Below are positions 7,597-15,727 of a stretch of DNA of 21,487 nt, one piece after another. The stretch lies in contig JBFRWI010000168.1 of the NCBI GenBank assembly GCA_051439505.1, positions 1 to 21,487 of the forward strand. Reading direction: 5' to 3'. A program made the translations under genes and the position numbers. This DNA is from Hormoscilla sp. (GTDB lineage Bacteria; Cyanobacteriota; Cyanobacteriia; Cyanobacteriales; Desertifilaceae). The notes below the pieces were generated by a model that was not told where the DNA came from, made no database searches, and saw nothing but the letters and a program-made list of their open reading frames with translations. The number at the start of each line of letters is the position of its first letter. The stretch's first letter is position 1.

Positions 7597-10557
7597 CTAT
7601 GAATTGCAGTTTTCTAGATTTTCGGCGAGCAATTCTTCAATGCGATCGATCTCAAATTCATCTGCTAGTGAGAGTAACTCCTTCGCAAACTGTACGTATT
7701 TAGCATTCTCTTGTTCTAGCGCCATGCACCCCTCTTTTATCCCTTGAATATCGCCCATCCGCGCCAGATGATATAGCTTTTCCAGTTCCGCTTTTTCCGG
7801 AATAATTATGGCTTGGGAGTCCCCTCGCCATTTTTCGATAAATTCTTGGACGCCGTTAACATCAAAGCTGTCCGCTAATTGGCTTAACTCAGTGGTAAAC
7901 TGTTTATAAATATGATTTTCCTGTTCTAGTTCAATACATGCCTCCTCTATTCCATGCATATTCCCCATCATCGCCAGGTGATATAGCTTTTCCAGTTCCG
8001 CTTTTTCTGGAGGCACGATCGCCTCTGTCTGGTGCTGCTGTCCATCGAGTCGGGTTTCTTCTTCATCAGATGCTTGATAAATCCATTCTAACTCTAAATA
8101 CTGCTGTAATACCCGCAGCAGATCGTCTACCTGCACCGGTTTCGGTAAAAATTTTGAGCCTCCCGCCTCCAGACTTTTGCGCCGATCGCTTTCATACACG
8201 CTAGCCGAGCATACCACGATCGGCATTTTTGCAAATTGACTGTACTGGCGCAGCTGTTGCATCATTTCCACACCATCCATAACCGGCATTGTCAAATCTG
8301 TTATCGTCAAGTCTGGTCGATACTTCCTCGCCATAGCCAGTCCGTCTGCTCCATTTGTAGCCTCCACTATATCAAATCCTATTGGCGAGAGCAAGTTGAC
8401 CAGCAGTAAACGGTTTTCCTCGCTGTCGTCTACTAGCATTATAGTAGGTTTTTCCCCCTTAATGCCAATTATTTTTCCTAGGGGCTTAATCCGATCTTCT
8501 GAGTGCATCCAATCGGACGCTACTGGCAGTTCTAAATCGAACCAAAACACCGACCCTTCCCCAGGCCGCGATCGCACCTCCATTTCGCTGCCCATCATCT
8601 TCACAATTTTCTGGCTAATAGCCAATCCCAATCCCGTTCCCTCTGCTTGCTTTTTGCTATCTCCCACCTGTTCAAATGGCAAAAATATCTTTTCCAACTG
8701 TTCTGGTGTCATCCCCACCCCCGTATCTGAGATTTCAAATCTTATCTTTTTTACCCCTCCTTCCGTCTTTTTATCTCCCTTATCTATTACACTCACTCCC
8801 AATTCTACTCCCCCGGCCTTTGTAAATTTAATTGCATTCCCCAGCAAATTTATTAACACTTGTCGCAGCCTTTTTTCATCAGCATTAATTCCCGTCGGCA
8901 GGGCCAAGAAATTAGGAGAAGTAAATTTAATCCGCTTTTGTTCCGCTTTGATACGGCATATTTCTGCCACCCCGATCAGAAAGTTATGAAAATTAAAATC
9001 TGTCGGATATAATTCTAGTTTCCGGGCTTCGATTTTCGATAAATCCAAGATATCATTTATTAGGGTCAGCAGATGATCGCCGCACTGGTGAATAATTCCG
9101 ATTCCTTCCCGTTCTTTCCCCGCTATTTCTGGTGATTTTTCCAGAATTTGAGCGTAACCCAAAATCCCATTTAAGGGAGTACGCAGTTCGTGAGACATAT
9201 TCGCCAAAAATTCACTCTTGGCATGATTAGCAGCATCAGCAGCTATTTTCGCCTCCTGGAGTTCCGTCGTTCTTTCCGATACTTTTTGTTCGAGATTTCG
9301 CGAATAGTTAGTTAGCTGTTCGTTTGCTTGCTTTAATTGCCATATTTGGTGACAATTAGTGATTACTAGCGCCGATAAAGTCATGGCCACCAATGGCGAT
9401 ACTACAGGAATCAACCAGCCCCACAAGAAAGCAATATAACAGCTGCAACTGAGCAATAATCCCGCAATGACAATCAGCAAAACTATTCTCCCCAGTCCTA
9501 CAATCTTTTTATGGGATGTTCTCACCTCCAGCAATATTCTACTGCCCGTAGCACCAATCAAAGACCAAACTAGAATCCACAGCCCTTCAACCTGATGATT
9601 CCATACCCTCAACAATGGACGCCCTTCTATTGCAGCACTCAATATTTTGCTACTGACGTTAGCATGCATCACTACACCCGCCATCCTTCCCTGATTTTTG
9701 CTCTCCATGCTGCTGTAGGGAGTGAACACATAATCATTCAGACTCTTAGCCGTCACTCCTATCAAAACAATGCGATCGCGAAACATATCTGGTTCTATGC
9801 GATCTTGTAACACCGACATCATCGATAGCATTTGGAAGCTCTCTGCTCTACCATAATAGTTCATCATTATCTGGTAGCCACCTATATCTGTCTTGCGGTA
9901 GTTCCCCTCTTTTCCCGTCAAAGGCCGAAAAACAGCTTTACCCAATTTTAGATGCTGCTTGTTTGGGTCTAGCATCTCCAGGGTAATTCCTTGGGCCTCC
10001 AAATACATCAGTGCCAACTGCACCCCCAGTCCCAGTCGCCAATTTCCCGAAGCATCCTTTACCGACATTAAAGTGCGGCGGATCTTCCCGTCCGCATCCG
10101 GAACCAAATCCGCGATCGCCACTTGACCCAGTTCTTGCAAGGTTGGAGGCGGTGCCACTGTCTGGCCCACTATTTTTTCCACCCCAATTAGATTTGGGGT
10201 CGATCGCATCACCTTCACCACGAGATCGTAACCCGGTTCTACCGGTATATCTCGATAAATATCCAGACCGATCGCCCTTGGTTGCTGGGCTTTAATTTTC
10301 TGTAGCATTTGCGCCAGTACAGCATCCGACATCGGCCATTGTCCCAGACTGGTGATATCTGACTCTGTAATTTCGACAATTACAATCCGATCTTCTACCG
10401 GTTCAGGGGGACGGAGGCGAAAAAAATAGTCAAAACTTGCCCATTCCAAAAGCTTAAAAACCCCCGCGCTTCCCAAAGCGATTACCAACACCGCCACCGC
10501 TGGCGCCGTAGCGACGATCGTTAGATACCTTCGCCAAATTAACTCGATCGGCCCCAT
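7597..10557 (-). CDS. CHASE2-domain membrane hybrid sensor histidine kinase (CHASE2-3TM-HisKA-HATPase-REC plus duplicated C-terminal helical module)
   Basis: CHASE2 motifs [11 protein letters not shown]...GQWPMSD...AIGLDIYRD...DADGKIRR...IVLIG...GVVMHAN; three TM helices; [46 protein letters not shown]...[11 protein letters not shown]...KPV. Starts 8 bp after the DUF928 stop. Confidence 0.95.
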   Translation of the reverse strand: MGPIELIWRRYLTIVATAPAVAVLVIALGSAGVFKLLEWASFDYFFRLRPPEPVEDRIVIVEITESDITSLGQWPMSDAVLAQMLQKIKAQQPRAIGLDIYRDIPVEPGYDLVVKVMRSTPNLIGVEKIVGQTVAPPPTLQELGQVAIADLVPDADGKIRRTLMSVKDASGNWRLGLGVQLALMYLEAQGITLEMLDPNKQHLKLGKAVFRPLTGKEGNYRKTDIGGYQIMMNYYGRAESFQMLSMMSVLQDRIEPDMFRDRIVLIGVTAKSLNDYVFTPYSSMESKNQGRMAGVVMHANVSSKILSAAIEGRPLLRVWNHQVEGLWILVWSLIGATGSRILLEVRTSHKKIVGLGRIVLLIVIAGLLLSCSCYIAFLWGWLIPVVSPLVAMTLSALVITNCHQIWQLKQANEQLTNYSRNLEQKVSERTTELQEAKIAADAANHAKSEFLANMSHELRTPLNGILGYAQILEKSPEIAGKEREGIGIIHQCGDHLLTLINDILDLSKIEARKLELYPTDFNFHNFLIGVAEICRIKAEQKRIKFTSPNFLALPTGINADEKRLRQVLINLLGNAIKFTKAGGVELGVSVIDKGDKKTEGGVKKIRFEISDTGVGMTPEQLEKIFLPFEQVGDSKKQAEGTGLGLAISQKIVKMMGSEMEVRSRPGEGSVFWFDLELPVASDWMHSEDRIKPLGKIIGIKGEKPTIMLVDDSEENRLLLVNLLSPIGFDIVEATNGADGLAMARKYRPDLTITDLTMPVMDGVEMMQQLRQYSQFAKMPIVVCSASVYESDRRKSLEAGGSKFLPKPVQVDDLLRVLQQYLELEWIYQASDEEETRLDGQQHQTEAIVPPEKAELEKLYHLAMMGNMHGIEEACIELEQENHIYKQFTTELSQLADSFDVNGVQEFIEKWRGDSQAIIIPEKAELEKLYHLARMGDIQGIKEGCMALEQENAKYVQFAKELLSLADEFEIDRIEELLAENLENCNS

Positions 10558-10565
10558 ATACTCGA

Positions 10566-11294
10566 TTAATCAGCCAGTGGCTGTCCAGCGTAAGCTGCCA
10601 ACCCCACGGATGTCAACAGTTCCTCCCAGCTTGAGACTAGGGTTGCATCTTCCGGCTGGGATTTTAATGCTGCGGCCAGATTCGTCAATGAGTCATACCA
10701 TATCCCCGCCTGAGCGTAGACCTCCGCCCGCTCGTGGTATGTTGATGCTGTGGAGAGCTTACTTGCCAAAGTTGGATTTACTTGCGTGCGATGCACCCCG
10801 CCGATTATCGTCGGATTATCCGGGTCATACTCACCAAAGCAGTTTATCTCCACAAACCACGTATAGTTTTTACCCATCTCCAGGGCCGATACTGTTGACG
10901 GCAGCTGAATGCTAATCACGCCTCCGGTCGCTGGCAGGGACAGCGTCGTACTATATATCTCATTTTGTTCTGGGTCTTGCAGACTAAAGTTGCCCTCCTT
11001 TGCTTGTGTGGGAGGCACGTAGACGAAAAAGGTCGGACGTTCGTCTATTGTCAATCCTGGATAGCCCTCGGGCAGTAACGCCCTCGCTGCCTTTTGAGAA
11101 CTGCTGCCGGGCGAACATGCACCTCCGTTCCTCGTTGCGCCCCCAGTCGTTTCCGTGCTGGGAACACCATTTACTTCTTCGGGGGCTGCAAATGTTATCG
11201 CTGCCACTGGATTTAACGTCAACAGCGACCACCCACTCAGCAGCAGGATCCCTGTGAACCGAGACCATCGCGTAATCTTTTGATGATATTGCAT
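10566..11294 (-). CDS. DUF928 family exported protein (full length)
   Basis: Signal peptide; GGATR...C; ALLP...[12 protein letters not shown](K)NYTW; C-terminal [11 protein letters not shown]...[10 protein letters not shown], typical of DUF928. Confidence 0.9.
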   Translation of the reverse strand: MQYHQKITRWSRFTGILLLSGWSLLTLNPVAAITFAAPEEVNGVPSTETTGGATRNGGACSPGSSSQKAARALLPEGYPGLTIDERPTFFVYVPPTQAKEGNFSLQDPEQNEIYSTTLSLPATGGVISIQLPSTVSALEMGKNYTWFVEINCFGEYDPDNPTIIGGVHRTQVNPTLASKLSTASTYHERAEVYAQAGIWYDSLTNLAAALKSQPEDATLVSSWEELLTSVGLAAYAGQPLAD

Positions 11295-11454
11295 TTTTCC
11301 ATTCCTCTGAGTTTTCCTTCTTTTATTTTAATTGTTACATACCTCCCGAAGCATGAGTATTTGTAACTAATGACCATTGATTGGGGCCGACTTTCTTTGG
11401 GATCGCCGTTCTTCTCTCTATGCCACTCTCACTCTGGCCAGGGCGAGACTAATC

Positions 11455-11482
11455 AATTCACAATTATTAATTCACAATTATG
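11455..11482. repeat. 14-bp tandem repeat AATTCACAATTAT(T/G) x2
   Basis: Seen in the spacer between the two DUF928 genes. Confidence 0.6.
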
Positions 11483-11529
11483 AATTCATTTTCTAGCAAT
11501 TGTTCAGCTCTTGGGCCGTAACTGTGCAT

Positions 11530-12039
11530 CTAAATCCGACGGATCGCCCCGGATGCGATCGGATTATCCGGGTCAAACCCAGGGGCACAATGAATTTCCA
11601 AGAACCACCGATAGTTTTCGCCCACCAAAAGGTTCTCTGCCGCCAAGGGCAGAGTAATGTTCAGCACGCCCCCTTTACCAGGTAGGAGTACCTTAGTCTG
11701 ATAAACCTGATTTCGATCCGAGTCTTGGAGGCTGAAGGAAGCATATGTCGCCGTCGTTTCCGGCACGTACATGGAAAATGTCGGACGTTCCTCCGTTGTC
11801 AATTCCACATTTGTGCCCGGTTGTAACCGGCTTTTCGCTGCTTCTGTCCTGGTTACCGATCCCAACAAGCACTGGTTACTGTCACGAGTTGCGCTCCCTA
11901 TCGTTTCCCTCTGAGGAATCTCAGGTACTCCCTCGGGAGTTGAGAAAGTTTGCGCAGTTGTCCGGCCTAAAGTTATTATTGACCCACTCAAAAGCAACCC
12001 GGCTGCGCAGATAATAGAAAATTTGGGAATCTTCTTCAT
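11530..12039 (-). CDS. DUF928 family exported protein, short form lacking the C-terminal helical part
   Basis: Signal peptide; GSATR...C; LTTEERPTFSMYVP; GENYRWFLEIHC...DPDNPI, paralogous to the neighbouring gene. Stops at GAIRRI*. Confidence 0.8.
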   Translation of the reverse strand: MKKIPKFSIICAAGLLLSGSIITLGRTTAQTFSTPEGVPEIPQRETIGSATRDSNQCLLGSVTRTEAAKSRLQPGTNVELTTEERPTFSMYVPETTATYASFSLQDSDRNQVYQTKVLLPGKGGVLNITLPLAAENLLVGENYRWFLEIHCAPGFDPDNPIASGAIRRI

Positions 12040-12175
12040 TTTTCTTGGTCCTCTTTTTCGGTGATGTTTTTGCTCCTGGTTTTTCCCGGATCATTTGCAG
12101 CTAAGTCAATAATTATTTATACTTCTTCGACCGACTTATTTGCTCCCGTCCCACCCGTCCTCAGCGTCATACTAC

Positions 12176-14734
12176 TTACAACCAATTTCCCACCAATATA
12201 AAGGGGGCCCAGTAAAAAGGATGGTTGTACTGGCGTTTGGAAAGAAGAGATAACTGAGCTTGACGGAGAGCTTCCGATTTACTGTTGTCCGATGATGCCA
12301 GTTGCTGATAAAATTCAGTCATCAAATCAGCTGTTGAATCGTCTCTGACTGACCACAAAGTCGCCATTGTCGATCGGGCACCGCTTCTGACCGCCAGTCC
12401 TGCCAAGCCTAAAACGGCTCTGTTATCCCCTTTTGCCGTCTGACAGGCGCTCAAGACCAACAGCTCGATCGCCCGCTCGGGGTTTCTTTCTCGATCGCTG
12501 AGCAGATTTGCCAACTCTACCACATCTATTTTATCATCCCAAGCTAGAATAAAAGTGTCGGCAGCGTTAGAACTAAACTGTCCGTGGGTGGCCAGATGCA
12601 GCACGGGACTGTTATCGGACAAGAGAGTTGCCTCCAGAGACGAATGAGTGAATTCTTGATTGAGGAGAACCTCTGAAGAAATCTTGGTTGCCACCCGCTG
12701 CACCTCGGTTTCCACTCCTGGCAGAGGCATAAACCCTTGGCGAGACTCGCTCAACCCACCGACCAAGGTTGTCAGCTGTCTTTCCCTGAGGGGTCGCGGG
12801 GAAAGCAACTGTAAACCGGGAGTGAGGGCCACGCTATAGTTTTCTACCAGATACTGTTGGCCATCGTAGAGAGCCGCCATCGGTAGATTCCGCATATAAC
12901 CATCCAGCACGAATACCAGAGTCTCGATCTCGCTAGCAGATAAGGACTGCTCTGCTGGTCGAATCAACCAATCATAAATCTGCTGGTAAATCTCCAAGCG
13001 TTTCCGTTTTGGGAAGGACAAGCTTAAGGCCCCTCTAGCTTGTCGCAGGGTGCTTTCTACTTCGGCTTGGGGCAAAAAGGTTTTGTAGTTCTTGAGAGGT
13101 TTCCCCGGCACTGAGAGGATTACCTCTACCCGGTCTGATAAGATAATTGGATAGATTACCGCAGCTGTAGTATCTACTTGGTCGATCTGTTCTGCTTGCA
13201 CGTCCAAACAAGCATCCCGAAAGAAGTTATCCAACTCCGCTAGTTGCAGGGACTCAATCACCTGGCGGGCTTGGATCAGGTCAGCTTGGGTCGGATCGTC
13301 CCGCAGCAGCAAACTCACTAGCCCGCGATAGACTGGTTCGATGCTATCCCGAAAGGAAAACTGCACCTCCTCTGATATTGCTAATAAGTCCGATCGCAGG
13401 GACTCAAAGCTATTGACTGCACTGGTGTAAGCCGCGATCGCCCCTTGGGTATCTCCCCGTGCTTCCAGGATCTCCCCCAGCTGTGCTTGCCAGCGACTAG
13501 CTATTTCCGACAGTTCCATTTCCACAGCTATTTGCAGGGCCTGCTCCGTTAAGTTCTTTGCTGCTGTCAACTGCCCGTTTTTTTGGTACAATTTCCCCAT
13601 CTGACCCAGGGCGTATGATTCCCCTCGCTGGTCTTGTAACTGTTGCGCCTCCCCTGCCGCTGCTGCTAAGATTTCCGCTATTTCTACCGCACTGGTCTGG
13701 TCTGTGGTCGGCATTTGCATCATGCTTGCGGCCAGATTTACCCTCGCATATACAGACATCCGCGTCGAGGGGAGGTTTTTCATCTGGACCTGAATTTCGG
13801 GTAGCAATGTTCGGGCTAGTTCCCACTGCTTTTGGGACTGATAAGCTTGTAGCTGACCTAGTAAGGCTTCTGTTTTTTCCAGGGGGTTCGCAGCTGACGC
13901 TGCCGCCTGCTGGTAGTATGCTATGGCCCTCTCTGTATCTTGCTTGGCGCGGGCAGTTTTGGCTAAGCTGAATAGGGTGGCGCTGATGGATGGCTGAGAC
14001 TCTAGCTGTTGGGCGATCGCCAGACTTTGCTGCAAAACTGCTGTTGACTCATCCAAGTCTCCTACAACTTGCAAAGCCACTCCCAAACTCCGCAACCCGG
14101 TTGCTTTCATCAAGCTATCCGGTTGAGATTGCAGCTGTTGGTTTACCTCCTGTAAAGTTTTGCGGGCCCGCCGATAGAGTCCCATAGTTTGCATTGCTTG
14201 GGCTTGATTTATTATCGCCCCCAGCTTACCCAGTTCATCTCCTGCCAACTCGTAGGTTTTTGCTGCGGACTCCCAAATTTCTAAAGCTGCTGTTGTCTCT
14301 CCCCTGGCTAGTAGAATACTCCCTTGCGTATTCAGGGTACTGGCTAGAATTATTGCCGTTCCTGGTTGGTCCGATGCCTGTTGCAGTTGACTTTTGCTTT
14401 CTGCTATTGCGGCCTGGGCCTGTTGTAATTGTCCTAACTGCAAGTAAGCAAATGACAAATAACTCCAACTCTGAGCCGATCCCAGGGCCTCCCCCTGCTG
14501 GCCATAGGCTACAACTGCCTGTTGCCAAAGTCTTGCTGCCTGACTATACCTTCCCGATGACGCTTCCCTTCTGCCTGCTTCTAGTAGCCTGTCCGCAGAT
14601 GCCGACAGCATTTGGGATCCTGTCTGATGATTATAACTACGCGCAGAAGAGCCTGGGGCGATCGCCACCATCATTGTCAGCATTGACAGCCCCACGTACC
14701 ACCCAAGCCTTTTCCCTCGTCGTGGTTTCAACAT
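12176..14734 (-). CDS. Exported TPR-CHAT domain protein (caspase-like clan CD cysteine peptidase)
   Basis: AGGAG RBS; N-terminal signal/TM segment; many TPR-like repeats; LQLAELDNFF..C; CHAT dyad motifs VLHLATHGQF and LVLSACQTA; ATLWSV; HPFYWAPFILVGNWL terminus. Confidence 0.93.
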   Translation of the reverse strand: MLKPRRGKRLGWYVGLSMLTMMVAIAPGSSARSYNHQTGSQMLSASADRLLEAGRREASSGRYSQAARLWQQAVVAYGQQGEALGSAQSWSYLSFAYLQLGQLQQAQAAIAESKSQLQQASDQPGTAIILASTLNTQGSILLARGETTAALEIWESAAKTYELAGDELGKLGAIINQAQAMQTMGLYRRARKTLQEVNQQLQSQPDSLMKATGLRSLGVALQVVGDLDESTAVLQQSLAIAQQLESQPSISATLFSLAKTARAKQDTERAIAYYQQAAASAANPLEKTEALLGQLQAYQSQKQWELARTLLPEIQVQMKNLPSTRMSVYARVNLAASMMQMPTTDQTSAVEIAEILAAAAGEAQQLQDQRGESYALGQMGKLYQKNGQLTAAKNLTEQALQIAVEMELSEIASRWQAQLGEILEARGDTQGAIAAYTSAVNSFESLRSDLLAISEEVQFSFRDSIEPVYRGLVSLLLRDDPTQADLIQARQVIESLQLAELDNFFRDACLDVQAEQIDQVDTTAAVIYPIILSDRVEVILSVPGKPLKNYKTFLPQAEVESTLRQARGALSLSFPKRKRLEIYQQIYDWLIRPAEQSLSASEIETLVFVLDGYMRNLPMAALYDGQQYLVENYSVALTPGLQLLSPRPLRERQLTTLVGGLSESRQGFMPLPGVETEVQRVATKISSEVLLNQEFTHSSLEATLLSDNSPVLHLATHGQFSSNAADTFILAWDDKIDVVELANLLSDRERNPERAIELLVLSACQTAKGDNRAVLGLAGLAVRSGARSTMATLWSVRDDSTADLMTEFYQQLASSDNSKSEALRQAQLSLLSKRQYNHPFYWAPFILVGNWL

Positions 14735-14764
14735 TTGGCACTCCTACATAGTCAACATATTTAG

Positions 14765-14793
14765 CTTATAACAATTTTTGGCTCTTTTGTCAA
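14765..14793 (-). promoter_or_regulatory. Candidate sigma70-type promoter for the CHAT-DUF928-kinase operon
   Basis: Minus strand TTGACA (14793-14788), 17-nt spacer ending in TGT, then TATAAG (14770-14765), about 30 nt upstream of the CHAT start. The -10 box lacks the last T. Confidence 0.5.
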
Positions 14794-14966
14794 CTATTTT
14801 TCCCAGATTATACCAGATCTTAATTGCTTGATAGTATTACTTAATTTAGTTTTTAAGATAGATAAATAAATGTTTAGTTTTGTTGTTCCTAACTCTGACT
14901 ACAGACCTGATGTGGTTGCGTACCGTTTGCCGATCTGCTTCTATTTGCACCCGATCGGACTTATCT

Positions 14967-15013
14967 CTCGTTCCCTGACTCTGGCAGGGAACGCCCTCTA
15001 GAGGCTCTGCCTC
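14967..15013. repeat. Cyanobacterial small dispersed palindromic repeat (CTCGTTCCC..GGGAACG...GAGGCTCTGCCTC type)
   Basis: Hairpins CGTTCCCTG/CAGGGAACG and GAGGC/GCCTC; resembles a common cyanobacterial REP-like repeat. Confidence 0.6.
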
Positions 15014-15064
15014 CAATTTCATTCACCGCCCTTTAAAAATTCCAACTCTATCAAGTGGGCTTGC

Positions 15065-15087
15065 GTAGGGTGGGCACCGCCCACCAT
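15065..15087 (+). repeat. GTAG-type REP palindrome, left member of an inverted pair
   Basis: GTAGGGTGGGCACCGCCCACCAT; 15068-15087 is the perfect 20-bp reverse complement of 15693-15712. Confidence 0.8.
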
Positions 15088-15167
15088 CGATCCCATTTTG
15101 GAAAACTTTTGCTACAAAGGAGAACATGAAATGCCCTCCCAGAGTGTTGTTTGCTGTCGCGATATTG

Positions 15168-15648
15168 TCCAATACTTCGTAGGTTTTGCATTTTATTTGT
15201 CATTGCGAGGGGGGGTACGTAGCGATTAATCTGTGCTTTATAAGTTAATCCCCCCCGTTAGCGCAGCGGTGCGACGCAGGAGCACTAGCAATCTCACCGA
15301 TGACGCCGGAGCGCTGTTCATTACATACGGGGCGGGGGATTGCTTCGGGGGGGGATCCTGGCGGCGATCCCTAAAATATCGGTTTGGGTTCTCCCCCCTC
15401 GCAATGACAAGTTGTATCCCTTGAAGTATTGCACGGAGATCTGAGATTGCTTCGGGGGGTTAATTCAATTTCCCATAAGTCGATCGCTTTGCCGATAGGC
15501 TTCTAAGTAGTTGTGCTTGCATTATTTTTATAGCTAGTCTGGCATCATTTGTGCAGACATTTCTCCCTGCTCCCTGCTCCCTGCTCCCTGCTCAGCACGT
15601 ACCCCCCCTCGCAATGACAAATTATATCCAAAACCTAGGAAGTATTGG
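15168..15648. mobile_element. Nested non-autonomous element (MITE-like) with ~50-bp imperfect terminal inverted repeats and GTCATTGCGAG/CTCGCAATGAC arms
   Basis: Left end CCAATACTTCGTAGGTTTTGCATTTTATTTGTCATTGCGAGGGGGGGTACGT versus the reverse complement of the right end CCAATACTTCCTAGGTTTTGGATATAATTTGTCATTGCGAGGGGGGGTACGT. An extra internal right arm (CTCGCAATGAC...GAAGTATTG) lies at 15398-15431. No target duplication seen. Confidence 0.75.
15563..15590. repeat. Heptamer tandem repeat (CTCCCTG)x4, STRR-like
   Basis: Four exact copies. Confidence 0.9.
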
Positions 15649-15692
15649 GTGTGCGGAAATGCACCAGCTGATAAAAAATATCACACCCACGA

Positions 15693-15712
15693 ATGGTGGG
15701 CGGTGCCCACCC
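15693..15712 (-). repeat. REP palindrome, right member of the inverted pair
   Basis: ATGGTGGGCGGTGCCCACCC, 15 bp downstream of the YcaO stop; could also act as a 3' hairpin. Confidence 0.8.
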
Positions 15713-15727
15713 AAAGAGATGCACCGA

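Noticed and set aside
8396..8989. 197-aa antisense ORF and other shadow ORFs within the long genes (e.g. 5591-5857, 14194-14751, 19725-20204)
   Set aside because: They lie antisense or out of frame to well-supported genes and show no domain signatures.
11460..11530. Frameshifted continuation of the short DUF928 gene
   Set aside because: All three frames stop within about 25 codons and none shows the YA..GIWYD or W..LL..VGL motifs.
12176..14734. CRISPR-associated (Csx29-like) or anti-phage TPR-CHAT
   Set aside because: It has an export signal and a DUF928/CHASE2 context; no Cas, gasdermin or other defence genes are nearby.
14960..15715. CRISPR array or structured ncRNA gene
   Set aside because: The repeats are inverted and nested, not regularly spaced direct repeats with unique spacers. 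No cas genes, and no recognisable RNA family.
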